From: the human T2T-CHM13v2.0 reference genome, Homo sapiens
Strand: one strand, 5' to 3'
Assembly (NCBI RefSeq): GCF_009914755.1
Contig: NC_060944.1
DNA length: 64,000 nucleotides
A program made the translations under genes and the position numbers. Below the pieces are notes generated by a model. That model saw only the letters and a list, made by a program, of their open reading frames with translations, was not told the DNA's origin and ran no database searches. Below are positions 56,835-64,000 of this stretch, piece after piece; position 1 is the stretch's first letter; each line of letters begins with the position of its first letter.

Positions 56835-57730
56835 ATCGCCTACCGGGAGGGACGTGCCCCTGCTCCCAGGTGAGTGGGACCCTGCGCTCTGGGCGGGTTG
56901 CGCCGCGGTCTCTGGCACCTCTTGTTGGCAGCGTCGCCGTTTCAGGCACAGGGCAGGTATGGGGGGCAGGCAGCGGGCCAGGCCCAGGCGACTCCTTTGC
57001 CAGGGGCTGGGCAGGTGCGGAGAGGGGCGGAGCTGTGCTGCCCTGGGTGAGGGAGCCTCCCGCTCTGGACGGTTCGCCGCCCCTGCCCCAGGAGGGCGCT
57101 GCAGGAGCTGGGTGGGGAAGGGGAGGGACGAAGGGACGCAGGCCAGGCCAGTGGCCCCTTAGACCTGGGTGATACGGGAGGGTCTGTGGGAGACCAGAGA
57201 GGACCCGGAGCAGAAACAGGGAACTGATACCTCTGGCTGAATATTTGTCTTCTTGCTGAAGTTTGAAAGTCAGTTATTTCATTAAAGTTTAATTGTATTA
57301 TAAAAATAACAACTATTAAAAATTCCGTGTAGTCACTGGAATGATAAATTTTGGTGCAGTTTCAGCATAACAATCTTTGGAGTTTTTAGATATTCTAATT
57401 GTTCAAATTGCGGCCATGTTTCAAAATATATGCCATATATTGTTATGGCATCCACCCCTGTGTCCCTGTGTCCCGCATCCGCGTCTGTGTCCCTGCCGGC
57501 TCAGGGAACGAGCTTCTTCCTCCTTCTGCAGACTCAGATCAGGCCGTCCTCCCTCCAGCGCCTGAGGCGGTCATGGGGACAGCCTGCCCTCGAATAGCCC
57601 GATAAAGCCCAGCCTGTGCCCTGTGCTCCGCGTGGTGTCCTGGCTCGTGCCGCTCAGAGCCCCGCAGAAAGCAGTGTGACAGGTGTGGAAGGACTCAGCA
57701 CCAGGCAGCGGTGAGCGGATGGATGCTCCA
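56835..57730. promoter_or_regulatory. CpG-rich patches of unknown origin (56835-57210, 57450-57730)
   Basis: High GC/CpG, GC-box GGGGCGGAG, consensus donor CCAG|GTGAGT near 56870. Confidence 0.4.
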
Positions 57731-58064
57731 GGGATGTGGGGCTGCTGGCAGTCAAGAACCCATTGCCAAATTCCATGGCATAATTTTGGATATTTTTCCC
57801 TTATATTTTTGTGTAAGGCTTTCAGACTTACACATTTTGAGTTTTTAAAAAAATGTAGTATAAACTACAATTCTGACTTCTATATTTTACATGTTGATAG
57901 CAAGTCTTCATACCGTTTTTTGTTAAAGGGGGCTATTCCCTCTCCATAGTTTGGCCTTTGCACCCTTGTTGAAGATCATTTTGACTATATATACAAGGCT
58001 TTTGTGGAGAGGGGGTTCTCTATTATTTACTATGTCTACATGTCTTGATTTAATACATTTCTTT

Positions 58065-58352
58065 TTAGATTTTATCCTTTTTACTTTTTGAGACAGGTTC
58101 TCTGTCATCCAGGCTGGGGTGCTCTGGTGCGACCATGGCTCACTGCAGCCTTGCTCTCCCAGGCTTAAACAATCATCTCACCTCAGCCTCTGGAATAGCT
58201 GAGACTACAGGTTCATGTCACATTGCCAGGTTAATTTTAATTTTTTTTTTTTGTAGCGATGGGTGTTCTCACTATGATGCCCAGTGTGGTTTGAACTCCT
58301 GGGTTCAAGGAATCCTCCTACCTCAGCCTCACAAAGTGCTGAGCTTACACGT
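58065..58352 (-). mobile_element. AluJ
   Basis: Reverse Alu. Confidence 0.88.
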
Positions 58353-58359
58353 GTAACTC

Positions 58360-58792
58360 ATAGTGAATGAATAAACAAAATGTAGTCTGTATATACAATG
58401 GAATATTATTCAGCCTTCAAAAGGAATGAGGTCCTCTTACATCCTACGATGTGGATGAATCTTGAAGGCATTATGCTAAATGAGAGAAGCATGACACATA
58501 AGGACTAATGCTGTATGATTCCACTCATGTGAAATGATAATATATTTATAATAGGTCTATCCAAAGAGACAGAAAGCTGACTAGTGGTGCCAGACAGTGG
58601 GAGGCAAGAGGAATGAGGAGTTACAGTTTAGTGGGTATGGAGTTTCCTTTGGAAATTAAAATATTTTGAAGCTAGATAGAGGCAATGGTTGCATAGCATT
58701 GTGACTTTATTAAGTACCACTGAATTGTTAACTTTAAAATGATTAATATTATGCTATGTAAATTTTAACTCAATAAAAGAGAAAAAAAAAGA
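58360..58792 (+). mobile_element. L1MB 3' end with AATAAA and A tail
   Basis: ATGGAATATTATTCAGCCTT...CCACTGAATTG...CTCAATAAAAGAGAAAAAAAAA. Confidence 0.88.
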
Positions 58793-58811
58793 ACTTGCCC
58801 CTTTGAGAGTG

Positions 58812-59335
58812 ACATCATCACCATGGCCTTCACCAACATCACCATCGCCAACATTGCCACACCATCATTATCAACTCCTCAACCACTATCATCACCACCA
58901 CCATCATCATCATCACCATCACCAACATTGCCACACTATCATTATCATCACCACCTCAACCGCCATCATCATCATTACCGCCACCACTATCATCATTATC
59001 ATCACCATCACCAGGTGAGGTGAGACAGGAGAACTGCTTGTACCCAGGAGGCGGAGGTTGCACCATCACCAACATTGCTACACCATTATTGTCATCATCA
59101 TCTCAACCACTGTCATCATCACCACCACCATCACCACCAACACCACCATGCCAGCATTATCACCATCATCTCAACCACTATCATCACCACCAGCACCATT
59201 ATCACCAACATGGCCACACCATCATTGTCATCACACCCATCACCATCATTATCATCACTATCACCACCATCATCATCCTCCTTACTATCATCATCATCGC
59301 CACCATCACCACCATCACAAACTCCATCATCACTA
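58812..59335. repeat. (CAT/CAC)n low-complexity tract with higher-order periodicity
   Basis: Direct reading; recurrent CCAACATTGCCACACCATCATT and CTCAACCACT landmarks. Confidence 0.95.
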
Positions 59336-59339
59336 ACTC

Positions 59340-59490
59340 TGCCTGAGCACTCACTCTGAGACAGGCAGCATGCCAAGAACTCTAATAGCATTGTTTTCCA
59401 ACAACCCTGAAATAATGGGAATTCTTATTATTAGCCTTATTTACCAGAATAGGGAAATTGAGGTATGAGAGGTTAGGTGCCTGCCCATAC
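59340..59490 (-). mobile_element. MIR
   Basis: ACAACCCTGAAATAATGGG...GGGAAATTGAGGTATGAGAGGTTAGGTGCCTGCCCA. Confidence 0.7.
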
Positions 59491-59860
59491 ACAGAATAGT
59501 CTCCTTATTCATTCACTGGGGATAATACTGCCCTTGCCCTTGGGACATTTACACATGCAACTGAAGCCAGGCAAAGAGATGGGTGGGCCTGGCCCAGAGA
59601 AAACACTTGTTAGACAGCGTGAGCTGTTTTTATTAGTGCCCAATGTATGAGACTAACCCTCAGGCCACCATGGTCTTGGGCCCTAGACGAGTCTTCTCTT
59701 CTACAGCCACCACAGTCCTGAGTTCTGACAACAGAGCATGAAGCCCAGAAAAAGATCTTGGCAAATTGTTTTTGAAAATATGAAATTCACTCTATCTTAG
59801 AATACAAGCTAAAATAAAGTCCATGCAGTCCAAAGAGTCAAATGTAAAAGAAAGGCCATT

Positions 59861-60230
<370 letters not shown>

Positions 60231-60719
60231 TTATAAAGAAACAAACAAAAATTGGAAGGAAAGTCAGCAAGAACATTGATGGATGAAAATCATGCTCCAA
60301 AACACCAAAACAAACTTTAAAATGCACGCTATGAAAAATATTTACATCGAATATGACAAAGTGTTAATATTCTTCCTTCATGAAGTTTATACTAAAGGTG
60401 TCTTCCTAATGGAAGTAAAGGCCCAAAGCCAGGAACTGGACCAGGGCACAGCACTATGGCATGTGAAGAAGAGCTCAGCAAAGAGGAGGACAGGACAGGG
60501 CTGGAAAATGTCACATGCACTGACCACAGTGCCATGTATACCTCAGGTTCTCATCAGTGACACCAAGTTTCAGTCACATGCAAAGACTTTTGTGGGGCTG
60601 GATGAGCTGGGAGCTGAGGACAGTCCCTTCAGCACCATCATTATTCATTTCAAAGACACATATTATACTACATTGCCCTGGAGGGGAGCCAGTTGAGCTC
60701 TTGCAGCCCAGAAATTAGA

Positions 60720-60848
60720 CCCAGAATCCACACCATATGTCAGACCCCACATCCATGTTGAGACCCCAAATCCACATCCACAGCCACATCCACGCTCCAT
60801 GTCCATGCCCACATCCATAGTCACAGCCATGCCCCATGTCCACACCCT
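60720..60848. repeat. Degenerate (CCACAT)n hexamer tract
   Basis: Direct reading. Confidence 0.7.
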
Positions 60849-61209
60849 CACCTGGCCCCCAGGCTGCTCCAGGCTGTGCTCTCACTGCAGCATCTGGAGC
60901 AGATGAAGCCACAGGATGACCTACACCACGCTGACCTGGTTCTGCACCATCTCAGCAGGGCCTCACACACACATGGCTCATCACACACCCCTACCTGCCA
61001 GGCCTTTATGGGTTGGTGCTGACCCTCAGGCAGAAGGTCAGAGGTCAGACCACCAAACTCAGAGTAGAACAGACAGACTCAGTGCTCAGTTAGCAGGGCC
61101 AGCACTCCCTGAAACATGCCCGTTCTTGGGACAAGACTTGGGGTGAGGGGCTGGAGTCACCAGGATCCTCACAGGGCCTTTGGACAGGAGCCCACCTGAA
61201 GGATTCGCT

Positions 61210-61620
61210 CTCCAGGCTGGAGTTTGGAAGTCCAAATGGGTCTCAATGGGCTAAAATCAAGGTGTGGGCAAGGGCAGCTCCCTCTGGAAGCTCTAGGGAG
61301 AATCTGTCTCCAACTCCTCCAGTTCCTAGAGGCCACCTGCACTCCCTGGCTCCTGGCCCCTTCCATGTTCAAAGCCAGTGATGGCCAGCCGAGCTCTCAC
61401 AAACATCACCCTGACTCAACCCTCCTCCTGCCCTCCTCCCCTCCTAAGGACCACTGTGAGGACACTGCAGCTGTGCAGACATGCAGGGCAGCCTCCCCAT
61501 TCACAGCTGGGTGAACAGCCCCAACTCCATCCACAGCTTCCCTTCCTCCTCTCTTGCCATGCAACTTAAAGTTGCAGGATTAGGACATGAGTGCATTCAG
61601 GGGCTGTTATTCTGCCAACC
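61210..61620 (-). mobile_element. MLT1 MaLR LTR
   Basis: GAAGTCCAAATGGGTCTCAATGGGCTAAAATCAAGGTGTGGGCAAGG...GGGGCTGTTATTCTGCCAACC. Confidence 0.8.
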
Positions 61621-62984
61621 GAGCTAAGGAACACACCTCAGCATGACCTCAGGCTCAGCATATGGACAGGCTGGCTGTGCCCTGTCTGGACCCCAAGCCC
61701 AAACTTCATGAGGCCCCAGCTGTGCCTGTGAGTGCAAGGAAGTCCTAGTCTCCTCAAACTCCATCCCTCTGGCATCCCAGGCCTCACCTCTCCCTCTGAT
61801 GTAGCAGGGACAAGGTGCCAACAGCCATGGTGAGCCAGTGACTCAGCACAGGAAGGTCAGGTGGGGATCTGGTCCTCACACCTGGCCCCGCCCTCCATGC
61901 AGTGCCCGCTTGTGTGGCTCCAGGCTCTGGGCCAGTGTCTGTTGCAGGATGCCCTGCCCTGGCACAGCCAATACACTTACACAAGCAGGGGCCCCTTGGG
62001 GGCTTCCTGCTTCCAGCACCACCCACCCCTGGGACACCCACTGGGAGGATGAACTGGGTGGCACAGGTGACAGGCCTCACCTTGACCAGGACAGCCACCT
62101 GTCAGTCATTTGCTGCTTTGTGCAGGAGACCCCAAGAGACTGAGAGAAAAGAGAAATGGTCACAGTGGGAGGGTCCTTCTGCTGCCCAAATAAGCTCAGA
62201 GAACCAAAGGCCTCAGCACCCCACCACCACCTGGGTGACAAGGCCAGAGGCAGGGGCTGCATCCGGGTCCTGCCCACTGGGGGGTGACAACCGGGCTGCC
62301 CCTCCTCCCCCACCAAAGCTGAAGGAAGTGGACCCTCCACAGGGATCCAGACCAGATCCCCTGCTGGCACTGATCCTACATCTGCATCACTGCTCCAACC
62401 CCCACTGCCTGTGCCACCAACCGTGACAGTGGCCACTTGGCAGGTGAAACTAAGTCTCAGGGCTTTCAGCTTGGTTCTGTCACTAGCTGTGGTTATATGT
62501 TGAGGAGACAGCACCTAACTCCTGGGGCTGCTGCTGGGATTCAGGGCCCCGACTGTGCATGCTCCAGCACACTGAGCTTCATTGGGGCCATTCTGTCCTC
62601 ACAGGAGGGGCTGTTTGCTGACACTGGGCATGTATTTTATTGTATCAGAATTAAGACTCTCTAAATGCCCCCTAAGAAATTACTTGGAAAGTTGGCAAAA
62701 TGAAAAAAATAAGAGAATAATAATAGCTACAGAAAAATGGAAAACATTTTCCTTGCACTAAAGCTAGGAGCATAAGACACTGAGAATCTGAAGGAGACTA
62801 GGTAACACCAAAACAGTTACAGCATCCCAAGGCCATATTAGTGGATAAGTTCTTATTTCAGAGACAAAATCGGGCACACACTTCCCATTAACACAAAACC
62901 AACCTCACCTCCTCACTAATGCAGAGTGGGCAATTCCAGATGTCCACGTGCTTGTGGGCTGTGGGTGGCTTTCCTTGCATCTCA

Positions 62985-63099
62985 GCTGGCAGATGGCCTA
63001 TTGCGGAACTTTATGATCATGTGATTTAATACTTAATAAACTCATATATATATATATCTTCTATTTGTTCTGTCCCTCTAGAGAACCCTAACTAATACA
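62985..63099 (+). mobile_element. MLT2A (HERVL LTR) 3' fragment
   Basis: GATGGCCTATTG...TACTTAATAAACTC(AT)n...CTGTCCCTCTAGAGAACCCTAACTAATACA. Confidence 0.8.
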
Positions 63100-63740
63100 G
63101 ACACCAAAGGAAATGTTCAAGAAAAAGAAAACAGAAAGGGGTCGGGGGTGGGGAGCGTAGAATTCAGACACTTCCAGAGGCTCCACAATTGTCTCTGAGG
63201 ATCTCTAAGAAGCCTGTCTGCTCTCTAGGAAGTCAGCCCGCTCCCCGCCAAACCTGCACTCTCTCCCAGGTTCTGGTCTGGCTGCATAAGATCCTCAGGC
63301 AAGGGTGGCCCCAGAGGGCTAGTGGCTCTCCTGAGCTCTTCCCACAGGAATCCCCGCTCTGCAGACAGGACACAGTGGCTTTCTCATGGGTGACATGGAA
63401 TTATGAGCCCAAGCATGCCAGTGACATCCCTGCTCATGGAGCTGTAGCCCTGTTGCGGGCCACAGGGCACTGCCTCCCATGGGACCTTGAGTGGGCTGGG
63501 TGCTACCTTCAGAGGGTCTGGAGGATCCAGCACAGAAGCCCAGCCAGGGATGACTGACACCTGGCCCTGGCCCCTGGCTCAGAAACCCTCCAACCATGCC
63601 ACCATCCAGACAAGGCCAAGTCTAGAAATGATCTCCTGATTACAACTGGATTATATTCCTGGTTTCTTCTATTGTTGTTAAGAACATCTGTTTAATGTAA
63701 ACCATAATTTTTGAACCTGATTTTGACATTAAAAAAAATT

Positions 63741-64000
<260 letters not shown>

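Noticed and set aside
58803-59391. Poly-His/Ser/Ile ORFs
   Set aside because: Artefacts of the trinucleotide tract.
62985-63099. MLT2A as an embryonic (DUX4-responsive) promoter
   Set aside because: Only the 3' ~115 bp remains; the promoter portion is not visible.

Overview
Primate (human-like) genomic DNA with a segmental-duplication mosaic structure. Repeat families are assigned by eye, so boundaries are approximate. (1) ~1-47450 is a block resembling the 19q13.31 KRAB-ZNF cluster. It holds a complete but damaged unprocessed ZNF285 paralogue (ZNF285CP/ZNF806-like, + strand; exons ~870-933, 5274-5331, 8881-9007, ~13123-14749+) with a mutated last-exon acceptor and a 1-bp frameshift at ~13920. 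Three mutually homologous ZNF143-motif promoter/first-exon modules follow (28.5, 33.3, 43.5 kb; probably the decapitated 5' end of ZNF112) with no gene body. (2) At ~47450 the sequence switches to a 3'-truncated sense L1PB fused directly to a degenerate (CCCTAA)n interstitial telomere. Next come TAR1 subtelomeric DNA with TERRA-promoter-type repeats and a 3-copy ~310-bp GC-rich tandem repeat (FAM201/FAM41-type cassette). (3) ~49.8-58.8 kb is L1/Alu-rich with a CpG-rich patch at ~57 kb. (4) >58.8 kb is a GC-richer block with a structured (CAT/CAC)n tract and two candidate decayed exons of an unidentified gene on the - strand. No intact protein-coding gene, tRNA, rRNA or CRISPR array is visible. 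I cannot demonstrate a new biological system. The best leads are the L1-capped fossil telomere with potentially convergent promoters, and the coding options left to the broken ZNF285 copy.
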